DNA from: an uncultured virus (IMG/VR IMGVR_UViG_3300001544_000071)
Lineage: Duplodnaviria; Heunggongvirae; Uroviricota; Caudoviricetes
Length of the DNA stretch: 20,000 nt
Virus record (IMG/VR): IMGVR_UViG_3300001544_000071
Strand: one strand, 5' to 3'
A model generated the notes under the pieces. It made no database searches, had not been told where the DNA came from, and was given only the letters and a program-made list of their open reading frames with translations. Below, piece after piece: positions 1 to 9,613 of this stretch. The translations under genes were made by a program, and so were the position numbers. The first letter of the stretch is position 1; each line of letters begins with the position of its first letter.

Positions 1-306
1 TGTACCCGGAACAACCTGCAAGGTCGCTCTACCGGCCATGACGTGATTAGTAATAGTTATGGTTGAACCATCGACCATTACTTCCTGTATCGCATTGTCC
101 TGATTAGGAACAGCGTTAAAAAACGTGTCATTCAAACGCAAGGCCGAAGAAATATTTACTTCGTTAGCGTTTGCAAACACACTGTCCCTTTGCGAAGCTA
201 CGGAAACTTGCCCTGTTAAGAACGGATGTGCGTAAGTGTAAATAGAACCGCCAGCAGTTCTAAATACCGCACGGGGGGCTGTCCCCTTTCTGTTATTAGC
301 AAACAT
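1..306 (-). CDS. Putative tail tube protein, 5' part (runs off the window edge; not in the ORF track)
   Basis: ATG at 306 with AGGAGG at 315-320, overlapping the sheath stop. Open for 102 codons to the edge (MFANNRKGTAPRAVFRTAGG...VMVDGSTITITNHVMAGRATLQVVPGT). The position directly after the sheath suggests tube. Confidence 0.65.
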   Translation of the reverse strand, partial: MFANNRKGTAPRAVFRTAGGSIYTYAHPFLTGQVSVASQRDSVFANANEVNISSALRLNDTFFNAVPNQDNAIQEVMVDGSTITITNHVMAGRATLQVVPGT

Positions 307-318
307 TTATTCTGCCTC

Positions 319-3036
319 CTACTCTGAAACTATGCCGCCGGAAACCTCAACCATGTCGAGGTCATCCTTGTACCACGCTTTCCAAGCCGAAGCCGCAGAC
401 AAAGCAGTCCGGGATACTCGCGCCGTGGCAAAGTCAGGGAACATAAGCATAACATTAAACAATCTGCCGTTAGTACCGGCAAATCTCGCCAACGTGCGAC
501 CAACCAAGCGTTGTATCTCTTGGTACGCATCTTCATCCGTAAGCATCGGATTTGTAAGCGTTCCACGGTCAGTAACCATGTTAGCTGCCTGCATGGACAT
601 AGTATAGTCCGCAAACTTGGCTATCATCTGCATTGTGACCGGAATACCGGCATCAGTGTCGCCTATACCGCGAGCCATTGTCAGATAACTTTCCTGCGGA
701 GTGTTATCCGAAATAGTTGCAAAATGCCCAACGTTCATTTCTCTAAGCTGCTGATGCCCGGCCATGTCGTTTTCATTAACACTGCTATCCAACCAACTCG
801 GCCAACCCAAAGGTCTGATGCGTGTGCCGGAAAGACGAAGCAGAGAAAGTTTGTTGCCGATGAAAGTGCCGGAAGTATTACGCTGTGCAAACCACGCAGC
901 CAATATGTCAGCTACGATATAGTCCGCTTCGCTGTGTATAAGCATGGTTGTATTTTGGCACTCCATGAACATAAGCATTGCCCAATAGTATCTATCGCGT
1001 GAGGCTACAAGTAAACCTGTTATGGTATCGAATATAGGTAATCCGGTATTCGGGTCTGTGTCTCCGGTAGGTACTTTTTGTTCCTGCCGTACTGCTTCAA
1101 GCTGCTGTTGTCTTGTCGCGTAGCGTACCCAACATCTGCTCATCGGGCTTGGGGCTTGGTTTTCGTATGAAATGCGCACCAATGACCACATCCAAGATAA
1201 TGCAAGATTATTCCTACAAAGCAGAGCAAGAGCCAACGACATATCGAAGAACTGTGATGTAGCTTGGAACGCTGCACCTATAGGATTTCGTCCTTGTATT
1301 GTACTTTCCACACGTACAGAAATGCCGGCAGGCAGTTCAGGCGTTATAGCCCTTGGGTCCATCTCAACAAGATTACCGGCAGGGTCAGGTACTAAACCTT
1401 GGCCAAGGTTGGGATTTATACCAACTGTGGTAGCATGGATACGAACCAATGCAGTAATATCATCCGGCCTAAGCTGCGTAGGCGTTGGAATAACAATATC
1501 GAATAACTTTTCACCATCGCTGTACACATAGGTTCCTGCCGGAATTATAACCGTCTGACCATCCCCTGCGGCTGTACCGTCAATCACATTTGCGCTGGTA
1601 ACAACAATACCCGGAGCCGGCAGTAAGCCGAAGAACAGGTTTGTAATATCATTACCGTCAGCAAGATTATTGGCCGGTCCAACAGTGGTGGGCGTTACGT
1701 TATAAACAGTATAACTTCCACCGCCGGGAGCAAGATTAACACCGCCTGTCGGTACAGTAATACTCCAAATGCGCAAGCCGTCATTATAAGTGTACGTTCC
1801 TGCTTCAAGCAGAATAGAAACACCCGGAGGAATGACAGGATTACCCTGTACTCCGCCTGTTACAAGCAAGGAAGCCGGGAAACCAAGTGCGGGTGAAAGC
1901 GCACTAATGCCGACAGTACCGGCAGTAATAAGGCCGGGATGTGCAGCATCAACGCCGTTAGCTGTTGCAGTAAAGGTTACAGCATGTGTACCGCCAGCAG
2001 CAAGTGTTACGTCAGCAGGTATATTTACACTATAACCAAGGCCAGCCGCAAGAGCGTAGTCACCTAATGTTATCGTTCTGTCGCCTGTGTCGCCGTTTGT
2101 GCCTTGCGCTCCGCCGGGAATGAGCATTATTTCGCTGTCTGTCGGACTACCCGCAAGATTTGGTACTAAAGCTGAACCACCGCCCAACGATGAAGGCGTA
2201 GTAGTGTCAACCCAATTTGCATCAACATTACCTGTTACCAATGATACCGTAAAGGTGTCACTTCCGCCGGCAAGAATAATAACATCCCCGCCTGCTATGG
2301 TAAACTCGTAGTCCGAACCGGCAATACTTATAATGTAAGTAGTACCGTCAGGCAATGTTATATCAGTCGCGCCAATATTATTGATTTGTATTTCGTGTGT
2401 TGCTGGCGCGGCTGCTACAACAGTCGCATCATTAACAATGGTAACATTAAGCGTTGCTGCTGTACCGGGGTCGCCGGGACCGGCTGCAATTGGATTGGTA
2501 AAGACCACATCCTGCCTTGCGAAAGTACCGCCTCTTGTTCTGTTGGAAAGGCGAATATCCATAGATGCCGGCAAGCCCGGAGTAGGCTGTATAACAACAT
2601 CCCTGCCATCGTAATGCGGGTCAAACATGTATTTGAAGTATGAGAAAGAAAACAGAGCTTGGAACGCGGCAGTCAATGGCGCATAACTTATGCTCCTGTT
2701 CTGGATGTCCCAACCATCCGCTACTTCATCGTCAAATACGATAAGATAAATAACCACATCGCCATTTGTGTCCTGTCTGAAAATTGGCTGCCATTGGGCA
2801 AGCAAATCTCCGGTCATTACACCGATGTAATTATCCACAACAGCTACAAACACCGCAGGGCGTTCAGGAGACAGATAAGCGTCAGACCAGCCGACTATAT
2901 TCTGTGCCGCGAACCGCTTTGGTATGTAGATGCTTTGAGCGTTGAACAACTCATTTGTGTTGTTCACAATCACGTCTGTCGTAGAGCGAAAACGCATACG
3001 CATGTGCGCTAACGAACCAACATAATTTAAGTTCAC
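319..3036 (-). CDS. Putative tail sheath protein (~905 aa) with a large beta-rich internal insertion
   Basis: Long ORF. The likely start is GTG at 3036 with AGGAGG at 3043-3048 (the track start at 3081 overlaps the upstream gene). It follows the neck genes and precedes a tube-sized gene. The C-terminus (…AWYKDDLDMVEVSGGIV) ends like contractile sheath proteins. Confidence 0.65.
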   Translation of the reverse strand: MNLNYVGSLAHMRMRFRSTTDVIVNNTNELFNAQSIYIPKRFAAQNIVGWSDAYLSPERPAVFVAVVDNYIGVMTGDLLAQWQPIFRQDTNGDVVIYLIVFDDEVADGWDIQNRSISYAPLTAAFQALFSFSYFKYMFDPHYDGRDVVIQPTPGLPASMDIRLSNRTRGGTFARQDVVFTNPIAAGPGDPGTAATLNVTIVNDATVVAAAPATHEIQINNIGATDITLPDGTTYIISIAGSDYEFTIAGGDVIILAGGSDTFTVSLVTGNVDANWVDTTTPSSLGGGSALVPNLAGSPTDSEIMLIPGGAQGTNGDTGDRTITLGDYALAAGLGYSVNIPADVTLAAGGTHAVTFTATANGVDAAHPGLITAGTVGISALSPALGFPASLLVTGGVQGNPVIPPGVSILLEAGTYTYNDGLRIWSITVPTGGVNLAPGGGSYTVYNVTPTTVGPANNLADGNDITNLFFGLLPAPGIVVTSANVIDGTAAGDGQTVIIPAGTYVYSDGEKLFDIVIPTPTQLRPDDITALVRIHATTVGINPNLGQGLVPDPAGNLVEMDPRAITPELPAGISVRVESTIQGRNPIGAAFQATSQFFDMSLALALLCRNNLALSWMWSLVRISYENQAPSPMSRCWVRYATRQQQLEAVRQEQKVPTGDTDPNTGLPIFDTITGLLVASRDRYYWAMLMFMECQNTTMLIHSEADYIVADILAAWFAQRNTSGTFIGNKLSLLRLSGTRIRPLGWPSWLDSSVNENDMAGHQQLREMNVGHFATISDNTPQESYLTMARGIGDTDAGIPVTMQMIAKFADYTMSMQAANMVTDRGTLTNPMLTDEDAYQEIQRLVGRTLARFAGTNGRLFNVMLMFPDFATARVSRTALSAASAWKAWYKDDLDMVEVSGGIVSE

Positions 3037-3046
3037 ATCGTACCTC

Positions 3047-3619
3047 CTATAAAGGTTCTTGTAGTATTTGCCCTGCGGCAAACGATATATATTCTAACCT
3101 GTCCCCTCCACTACGCCCTGTATCGAAGTCCAACACTTCGTCATATTGCAGTTTCATGGTCAGGGTAAATGCTTTTGTTGTATTACCTCTGCCGAAATAA
3201 TCCACATTACATGGTATTATAGGACTGATATACGGTAATATCATAGCATTACAATACGCCTTAAATATTATAGCACAGTGGCGGGTCTTGGTCAAATGGT
3301 GCATCCACTTGGCCCACATTTCAGCCCTATGCCCTAAAAACCGTACTGTAATACGTCCTACTTTTACTGTGGTATTCAAATTATTTATATTAAAATCATG
3401 CGTAAGTCTGTCATCATCATCAATCCAATACTGTATCCATGTATCCTGTGTGCCGGGGTCTATTGGGTTTTCAAAGTTATGTTGCATAGGAACAACAAAC
3501 TTCATGGCCTCATCAAACTGCTGCTGTGTCATACCTTCATGGCGAAAGAAAAGGTCAGTCAATGCACCGCGTAATGTATCAAAATTAAGTCCTGAAATAT
3601 TTATAAACACGCCGGCCAT
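3047..3619 (-). CDS. Putative neck/tail terminator protein
   Basis: 190-aa ORF directly upstream of the sheath and coupled to the upstream stop (TAATG). Size and position are typical of tail terminators. Confidence 0.5.
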   Translation of the reverse strand: MAGVFINISGLNFDTLRGALTDLFFRHEGMTQQQFDEAMKFVVPMQHNFENPIDPGTQDTWIQYWIDDDDRLTHDFNINNLNTTVKVGRITVRFLGHRAEMWAKWMHHLTKTRHCAIIFKAYCNAMILPYISPIIPCNVDYFGRGNTTKAFTLTMKLQYDEVLDFDTGRSGGDRLEYISFAAGQILQEPL

Positions 3620-4353
3620 TACGCAGCCTCCTTGTCGAGCGCAATATAAATATTTATACTTTCAATAAGCTGCCCCGAAGCATAAAAAGTACGCTCTACA
3701 TTCAAGCCTAACGCCCTGCGTCTTGCCAGTGTTTCAGCCGAAGTTATATGTTTTAAGTTTATTTTACCTGTGTATAATGCGCTAACAATATCCTGTTTAA
3801 TAATTAGCCTGACTTCCTGTAGTGCGCTGTGATGCTGTTGATTTGACCACGCGGCAAACTCCTCTATGCGTAAATCTTCGCCCTGCCGTTGCGCCGCTTC
3901 TTCCATAACTTCTTCACGAATACGGGCTACAACAATATCAAACTCCTCTTTTACCCAAGAGTATGGAAATATAGTATCAAAATATGTATCAACAAAAGGC
4001 ACACCGCCATTAAAACGGTCTGTTAATATTCGGTACAATCGTTCAAAAGTCATATTAGACGCACCATATTGTCCTACTCTGTCTGCCGTTTGTACGTCTG
4101 TTATAAAAGATGCTGCGGCAGAAGAAAATATATTATTACGAATATTGTCCGGGAAATCGTAAGTTATACTGGCTCCGTTGTCTACCCAACCAAATCTTGT
4201 GTTAAGCTCCTCCATTGCGTTAACACCCGGAATTGTAGCTCCTTCGACAGCCACAAAATCCATATCCATTGTGTCTTTATCAGACGGGCCGGAAAAAGCT
4301 CTGCGTATATTTTTAGCGAACATCTTAACAAGAGAGATTACTTTCCCTGCCAT
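3619..4353 (-). CDS. Putative neck/virion morphogenesis protein
   Basis: Likely start MAGK at 4353 (AGGTGG upstream). The C-terminal 'SAETLARRR…FYASGQLIESI' resembles the 'T..RK…L.DTG.L..SI' motif of phage neck proteins. Confidence 0.5.
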   Translation of the reverse strand: MAGKVISLVKMFAKNIRRAFSGPSDKDTMDMDFVAVEGATIPGVNAMEELNTRFGWVDNGASITYDFPDNIRNNIFSSAAASFITDVQTADRVGQYGASNMTFERLYRILTDRFNGGVPFVDTYFDTIFPYSWVKEEFDIVVARIREEVMEEAAQRQGEDLRIEEFAAWSNQQHHSALQEVRLIIKQDIVSALYTGKINLKHITSAETLARRRALGLNVERTFYASGQLIESINIYIALDKEAA

Positions 4354-4363
4354 TGCTCGCCAC

Positions 4364-4774
4364 CTAGTACGCATTGTTTATATTAACCTCCACCTGCTCG
4401 TTACGCACTTGCAGGTCTGTTACGCCTGTTACGATTTCAAGTTTATAAACAGCAAAACCGCCTTCACGGGCAAAGTTATTATCTTGTATAAACTTGAACA
4501 TTTCCCCGCTGTCCTCCACATACATCCCTTGCCGTATCATGCTGTTTGGAATACGGTCAAAGCAAAAAAACTTTGCCTGCTGCCCTTCAACAAAAGTGTC
4601 GTCAGGAATACCGGCGGCTCCGCCTGTATCCCTTGTAATATAGGCGCGTATCTGTGTAAGCCTTACCGCTCTGTCTGTAAATCCACCGCCGGGCAAAGCC
4701 GCCATGTGGAATATATCAAAGCGGCGCATCAATTCAGGGAACGATGCAAGCATATCACCATACACGCCGGGCAT
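4364..4774 (-). CDS. Putative head closure/head-tail adaptor protein
   Basis: 136-aa beta-rich ORF in the head-tail joining block. Assigned by position and size. Confidence 0.45.
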   Translation of the reverse strand: MPGVYGDMLASFPELMRRFDIFHMAALPGGGFTDRAVRLTQIRAYITRDTGGAAGIPDDTFVEGQQAKFFCFDRIPNSMIRQGMYVEDSGEMFKFIQDNNFAREGGFAVYKLEIVTGVTDLQVRNEQVEVNINNAY

Positions 4775-4775
4775 T

Positions 4776-5123
4776 TTATTCCCTCACTACAGTTAATTCC
4801 TCCAAGGTGGTATTACCAGTCTTGGCGGTTTTTATATTAGGCGAGAGAGGGGCAGAAGAAATACTGCCTGCTGTCATAGATGGCGAAGGAGCAAACACCA
4901 TAGGCTTCTGCCCCTGTCCCGCCTCTCCGATAGGATAGGCTTTGCCTGAAACTATGCGGACTTCTCGGTCAAAAATTGTAGCCATTTTTTGTTTTACCAT
5001 GTCAGTAACACAGGCTTCTAAGGACTGCGGCATCCTGTAAGCTACACCATGTCTGTAAACATGTCCGCTAATTGTGCAATTAACATGCACTATAAACCAC
5101 TTGTTTGTCATTTTGTTTGTCAT
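4776..5123 (-). CDS. Hypothetical protein
   Basis: 115-aa ORF with an ATGA overlap with the upstream gene and GGAGG upstream. Confidence 0.6.
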   Translation of the reverse strand: MTNKMTNKWFIVHVNCTISGHVYRHGVAYRMPQSLEACVTDMVKQKMATIFDREVRIVSGKAYPIGEAGQGQKPMVFAPSPSMTAGSISSAPLSPNIKTAKTGNTTLEELTVVRE

Positions 5124-5596
5124 CGTATTCGCCCTCCGAGACGCACTCTTTTCACTGCGGTACTAATCATCATGTAGGCTTTATGTCCCCAAGGATTTGA
5201 TTTCAAAGGCATAAGTAAATCCCTGAAATCAGGGTTTTGTCCCCGGACAAAATTATCCTGAAAGGTAAGCGCAACCGCACCAATTCGCTTACCCTTTAAT
5301 GGTATACCTCCCATGATAGGAACGCCCGACACAAGTAACGGATACTGGTCAGCTATATACCAACAAGCCAAGAGCCTAAACAACAATTGAGTTTTGTCAA
5401 AGTATATTTGCTCTGGTTGCATGTCAAATAAAGTTTGGCAGCCTGTGAACATTGTGTAGACCGCATCAATAGCTTCGAGCATTACATTTTCGTATTTCTC
5501 ATCAGCCAAGTCGGGGAACGACATTAGATGCCATCTGCGAATGTCCGGGACGGTTATGCGTCTCGGTACACCGTCTACAAATATAGGGGTGTCCAC
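5120..5596 (-). CDS. Putative head-tail connector (DUF4054-like)
   Basis: GTG start with GAGG upstream. Motifs 'FPDLAD', 'LLACWY', 'IGAVALTF' and 'SNPWGHKAY' resemble the DUF4054-type connector pattern. Located after the capsid genes. Confidence 0.55.
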   Translation of the reverse strand: MDTPIFVDGVPRRITVPDIRRWHLMSFPDLADEKYENVMLEAIDAVYTMFTGCQTLFDMQPEQIYFDKTQLLFRLLACWYIADQYPLLVSGVPIMGGIPLKGKRIGAVALTFQDNFVRGQNPDFRDLLMPLKSNPWGHKAYMMISTAVKRVRLGGRIR

Positions 5597-5608
5597 AGGC
5601 TACCTCAA

Positions 5609-6106
5609 CTAAAACTTCGCGTTCTTGCCTTTCTTTTCGCCTTCCCCTTCGGTAGTGGGCGCAGAAAGACAATCTTCAAGGCCGCAGCATTTAGCAGCAA
5701 GGCTTTCAATCTGGTCTTGCAAAGGAAGTGTCGCTTTGGCAACCGCAGCGTCAATATCTTCCTGTGTAAACCCACCGCCGCCTTTTTCAAGCTCGTTGAT
5801 ACGTTTGGTCAAATCCTGTATCTGCTTTTCTTTAGCAGCTATGATACTTTGCGGCGTTTGCACCGACATCGGAAGTTCACTGCGGAGAACAAGTTTTTTC
5901 TGCTTGATAAACGAAACAAAAACATTACTCTCTTTTTCCAACGCTTTCAACGTTTCGTCCGAAACCTGTGTGAACCCATTATGTGCCATCAAGCCTGTGT
6001 ACTTGTTCAGCATCTTTGGATAAAAATCCATTGTCTGTTTTGTACCATCAGGCCCTTTATAATGGCAGCGTACTTGTTTATCATGCAAGCACTCAATATA
6101 TTTCAT
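5609..6106 (-). CDS. Hypothetical protein with coiled-coil C-terminus
   Basis: 165 aa, AAGGAG SD, heptad-like stretch 'AAKEKQIQDLTKRINELEK'. Directly downstream of the capsid gene. Confidence 0.7.
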   Translation of the reverse strand: MKYIECLHDKQVRCHYKGPDGTKQTMDFYPKMLNKYTGLMAHNGFTQVSDETLKALEKESNVFVSFIKQKKLVLRSELPMSVQTPQSIIAAKEKQIQDLTKRINELEKGGGGFTQEDIDAAVAKATLPLQDQIESLAAKCCGLEDCLSAPTTEGEGEKKGKNAKF

Positions 6107-6120
6107 AAAATTGCTCCTTC

Positions 6121-6139
6121 AAAGGGGGCTTACGCCCCC
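6121..6139 (-). terminator. Hairpin (probable weak intrinsic terminator) after the major capsid gene
   Basis: Minus strand GGGGGC-GTAA-GCCCCC-TTT: 6-bp GC stem, GNRA loop and a short U tract, followed by the SD of the next gene. Confidence 0.6.
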
Positions 6140-6153
6140 AATTTTAAGTTACC

Positions 6154-7695
6154 TTACGGTACCCACCAATTATTCGTTCCCATGCCTTCAATGACATGCA
6201 CAACCTTCTCCACAGGCACAAGCAAAGAACCAACACGTTTCAACGCGGTTCTCACTACACCATCCCTAAAGCCGGGAGCAGAAGGAAGTATCATTTTGTC
6301 AATCGGCACCGGACACAAAATCATTTCAGACATGCCGCCGTCAAGCGCAGACTGAATTGTGGGGAACGTCATAAACATAATATCCCACGGATTTGGGTTG
6401 AACGGAGTGTCAGGCATGAGCATTGGGTCAGGCACGATTTCAAAAGACTTGTACAGCCCATCGCCGGACTTGGTGGCCATTGTGCCTACCAGTTTGTTGC
6501 CGCTTTCATAAATCGTATTGATTACTGAAAGAGGATTGTTCTGGTTAAACACACGCGAGAGTTGGCTGTATTTGAATACTTTATAAAGTATTGGAGAGCA
6601 ACGAATCTTACACTCAACCGGGAGGAAGTTTAGCTCCTCCATTTTGTTTGCGATGAAGTGCGACAATTTGACGAGTAAGTCGGCACCGACTGTTGAGTTG
6701 GTTCCGTCAAACTCCTCTTGCCACAATTCAGCGGCAGGCTGGAACTGATACTGCTCTACCGTTCCGTCACGCATGGCAATTTGGGTAAGCCCTTCAAAGC
6801 CGGTTTCAGCATGGCCGAAATAGATAAGCACGTTGAGAAGCTGTTCGAGCATGAGGTTTGCGTAAGCATCCCTTGAGCCAATTGTAGCATTGGTAAGCCA
6901 GTTGCCGGGCATCGCTCCGATTGCCATTTCCTGTATCTGCGGACTTTCATAGTCAATAACAATGTTGATAAGCTCGGACAACATCGTACCTGTCCGGTTT
7001 TTGGCCGCGATACTGGTGTTGAACGTAGTCATTGTTTTTGCTACGTTGGATACCCTTGCATAACCTTCAAAAGTTTCTGTGAAGATTTGAACAAGGTCTG
7101 CCCATACGTTAGGAAGGCCAATCTTATTGACCATCCCTTCCGCATATCCTTGAAGGAACGGCTGGCGGAATATGCGCTGGATTAACGCAATATCCCAATG
7201 CGGAGTTGTCATACCAGCAAGGATACTATCGTTTACACGCTTTGCAATCCGGTCAACAACAAATTGTCCCGTTTTCTGGTCGAAGTACCCATAGTGCTGA
7301 ATAGTATCTGTTACACGCTTTTCAGCTTCTTTGGGTTCAAGACCAGATTTAATATACTCTGCCCTCTGCTCGGCGGCATAGCGCAAAATACTGTCAGTCG
7401 CCCTTTGGACAACACTTCTGCGCTTCAAGTTTTCGTCAACAAGAAGTTCGTCATGTATCATCTTTTCGGGAGTTTCAAAATACAGAGCCTCGGCCATCGT
7501 CTGATGTGTGCCGCGAACCCTGTAACCGCCTCTGGCAGCAATGCCGGCATCCGTATTACGTCCAATGTGGATGCCCTTATAATTCCCACTATCAATCATT
7601 GTGGGAAACTGCTGTACCAGAACTTCTTCTGCTTTTCTGCCCCAGTCATGGAAAGCAGGAGCAGTATTCAAAAAAGTTTGATTATCTGTCATCAT
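6154..7695 (-). CDS. Major capsid protein (HK97-fold, DUF2184-like) with an N-terminal extension
   Basis: ATG at 7695 with AGGAGA at 7702-7707, 513 aa. Contains 'NVLIYFGHAETGFEGLT' and the C-terminal 'RVGSLLVPVEKVVHVIEGMG', typical of this capsid class. Follows the protease and decoration genes and is followed by a hairpin. Confidence 0.75.
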   Translation of the reverse strand: MMTDNQTFLNTAPAFHDWGRKAEEVLVQQFPTMIDSGNYKGIHIGRNTDAGIAARGGYRVRGTHQTMAEALYFETPEKMIHDELLVDENLKRRSVVQRATDSILRYAAEQRAEYIKSGLEPKEAEKRVTDTIQHYGYFDQKTGQFVVDRIAKRVNDSILAGMTTPHWDIALIQRIFRQPFLQGYAEGMVNKIGLPNVWADLVQIFTETFEGYARVSNVAKTMTTFNTSIAAKNRTGTMLSELINIVIDYESPQIQEMAIGAMPGNWLTNATIGSRDAYANLMLEQLLNVLIYFGHAETGFEGLTQIAMRDGTVEQYQFQPAAELWQEEFDGTNSTVGADLLVKLSHFIANKMEELNFLPVECKIRCSPILYKVFKYSQLSRVFNQNNPLSVINTIYESGNKLVGTMATKSGDGLYKSFEIVPDPMLMPDTPFNPNPWDIMFMTFPTIQSALDGGMSEMILCPVPIDKMILPSAPGFRDGVVRTALKRVGSLLVPVEKVVHVIEGMGTNNWWVP

Positions 7696-7705
7696 AGCAT
7701 TTCTC

Positions 7706-8404
7706 CTACAATCCAATCGTCAGGAAAACGGCTTCGTTTTCCGGCTCGAAGATTTCAATAAATCCGCCAAAAGTTGCTCCGGCCATTGTCGGGTTTGCCT
7801 GCTGTGCAACAGTAAGTACCGCCATAATGGGGAACCCGGAAGTGTTGCTAAAGAACATGCCGAGCTTACAACCATCAGCACCAGCGATGTATGCAGCAAG
7901 CCAGTCGGAGTAAACCATTCTGGTTGCAGGAACATCTAAAGTCCTGTCGCCTTGCAAATACGCAAGATAATTGGCTTCTTCGCCTACTTCGGTCATTGTA
8001 ACCTTATAGCCTACATAGCCCTTGCGAATCATATCCGCACGACCGAACTGCGGCACACCCCATCCCTGAACAGGATGTCCGGTTTGCCAACCTTGGTTGA
8101 ACTCGGATACACCGATAAAAAGTCCGACCGCAGGTTTTTCAGTATGAACAACACCGGGGTCAACATCCATTCGAGTGATGTCCCTCCACAATCCATTTCC
8201 GTATGGAACTGCACCAGCAGCTAACAATACGTTAGACGGTCCAATATCCACACGCGAAAAGCTCTCTTTAAGAGCAGGTACACGGCCATCCACATTGCGC
8301 ATGAGGAAGCCGTTGGTTCTATCGCGCCCACGCCAAACATGCTCTTGCCCTATGCGAAGCGGAGTATTAGGTCCGTATGTTGCCCCTACGCCACTGTTAC
8401 CCAC
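7706..8404 (-). CDS. Putative capsid decoration/cement protein
   Basis: 232 aa, between protease/scaffold and capsid. Motifs 'VPYGNGL' and 'ADMIRKGYV' resemble decoration proteins at this position. Confidence 0.5.
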   Translation of the reverse strand: MGNSGVGATYGPNTPLRIGQEHVWRGRDRTNGFLMRNVDGRVPALKESFSRVDIGPSNVLLAAGAVPYGNGLWRDITRMDVDPGVVHTEKPAVGLFIGVSEFNQGWQTGHPVQGWGVPQFGRADMIRKGYVGYKVTMTEVGEEANYLAYLQGDRTLDVPATRMVYSDWLAAYIAGADGCKLGMFFSNTSGFPIMAVLTVAQQANPTMAGATFGGFIEIFEPENEAVFLTIGL

Positions 8405-8407
8405 AGA

Positions 8408-9613
8408 CTACCCCCTATTGAGTGCGCTTCCAAGAATGAACGCACCATCTTCAAGTAATTGAGTATCCACACCATCTTCGGTGCGAGTACCTTCCTTTTC
8501 TTTCTCTTTGGATTTTTCATCACCCTTAATACCAAGAGCAGTTTTGACTTGGCCTGTAACAGCCTTTTCAATCATGCCGGCAATACTATCAGTAATGCGT
8601 TTCTCCTGTTCGGCAAACATTTCTTCGATAGTTTTTTCTTTACTATCGGTTGTTTTCTTGCCTTCTTCTTTTTTGCCTTCTTCTTTCTTTTCAGGTTCAC
8701 CGGCAGCATCTTGTGTTTTCACACCAGCTTTTTCAAACAGTTTTTTAATACTGTCATCTGCCGTAGTAACCGAAGCCGCATCTGCGTATGCTTGGTCAAG
8801 AACCCTAGCAACGTCATCTGCTTTCAGCAACGCCTCTACTGGATGCGTCAGCGCATCTTGGACAGCCCCGGAGAGAATGTCTTTAGCATCCCCATCAGGC
8901 AATCCAGCCATGTGAGCCGAAATGTCGCCGACAAGTTTTTCTTTGCCAGCAGCATCCAAAGTATGCAAGGTTCTTGCGCCCTCTAGGACAATCTTAGAAA
9001 ACGAAAAGCCCTCGTCTTTGGTTCGGCCAATGCCAAGAAAAGATAATACACCTTTCTTTCCTGCCATATTTATGCCTCCAAACGATATATTGGGCGCTTT
9101 ATCCTGCACCCTGACTTGTGGCCCACCGCGACCGCGAGCCGTAATCACTACTCCATTTACAGAAAGTATATCTTTAAGAATAAAATCGTATTGTCCCGTA
9201 ATATCGGGAATTGCAACACTTCTGTAATCTGCACTTGTTTCTTTGTTACCTTGAAGGTAATACTCATAACTGTCTTTGGTATAAAAAGCCATCTTTCCAA
9301 ATATACCAATCTCACCGCCTTCAAGTTCTCTTTTAATTATATTTTCACCTATGATACCTGATGCCTGTAATCTAAAATTATCAGGGTCAGTTTCGCTAGG
9401 AGTATGTTCTTTTGTTACAACAGCGAAGGCGAATTTGTCCTTACAGCGTTCAATCACTTCTTTAGGCCGGTACTCCGTATACCACATCTTTTTAACAGCA
9501 GGAGTAAACCCACGTTGTATCATCTCATCATAAGTATAGTTATAAACACCGCTGCGCGCTAAACACGCTTCTTTAATTGCGAGCGCAGGATGTTTGTCAG
9601 CCACTCTCATCAT
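8408..9613 (-). CDS. DUF2213-like prohead protease/scaffold protein
   Basis: N-terminal motifs 'LARSGVYNY', 'EYRPKEV', 'VTKEH', 'GNKETSADY' and 'VITARGRGGPQVRVQD' match the DUF2213 pattern. The C-terminal half is charged and low-complexity, like a scaffold. Confidence 0.75.
   Translation of the reverse strand: MMRVADKHPALAIKEACLARSGVYNYTYDEMIQRGFTPAVKKMWYTEYRPKEVIERCKDKFAFAVVTKEHTPSETDPDNFRLQASGIIGENIIKRELEGGEIGIFGKMAFYTKDSYEYYLQGNKETSADYRSVAIPDITGQYDFILKDILSVNGVVITARGRGGPQVRVQDKAPNISFGGINMAGKKGVLSFLGIGRTKDEGFSFSKIVLEGARTLHTLDAAGKEKLVGDISAHMAGLPDGDAKDILSGAVQDALTHPVEALLKADDVARVLDQAYADAASVTTADDSIKKLFEKAGVKTQDAAGEPEKKEEGKKEEGKKTTDSKEKTIEEMFAEQEKRITDSIAGMIEKAVTGQVKTALGIKGDEKSKEKEKEGTRTEDGVDTQLLEDGAFILGSALNRG

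Noticed and set aside
5101..5123. Short duplication encoding MTNKMTNK
   Set aside because: It is a single ~12-bp duplication at a gene start with no evidence of wider significance.
5528..6355. 275-aa plus-strand ORF and the many other plus-strand ORFs across 330-13900
   Set aside because: They are antisense shadows of tightly packed minus-strand genes that have SDs and recognisable motifs, and they show no motifs of their own.
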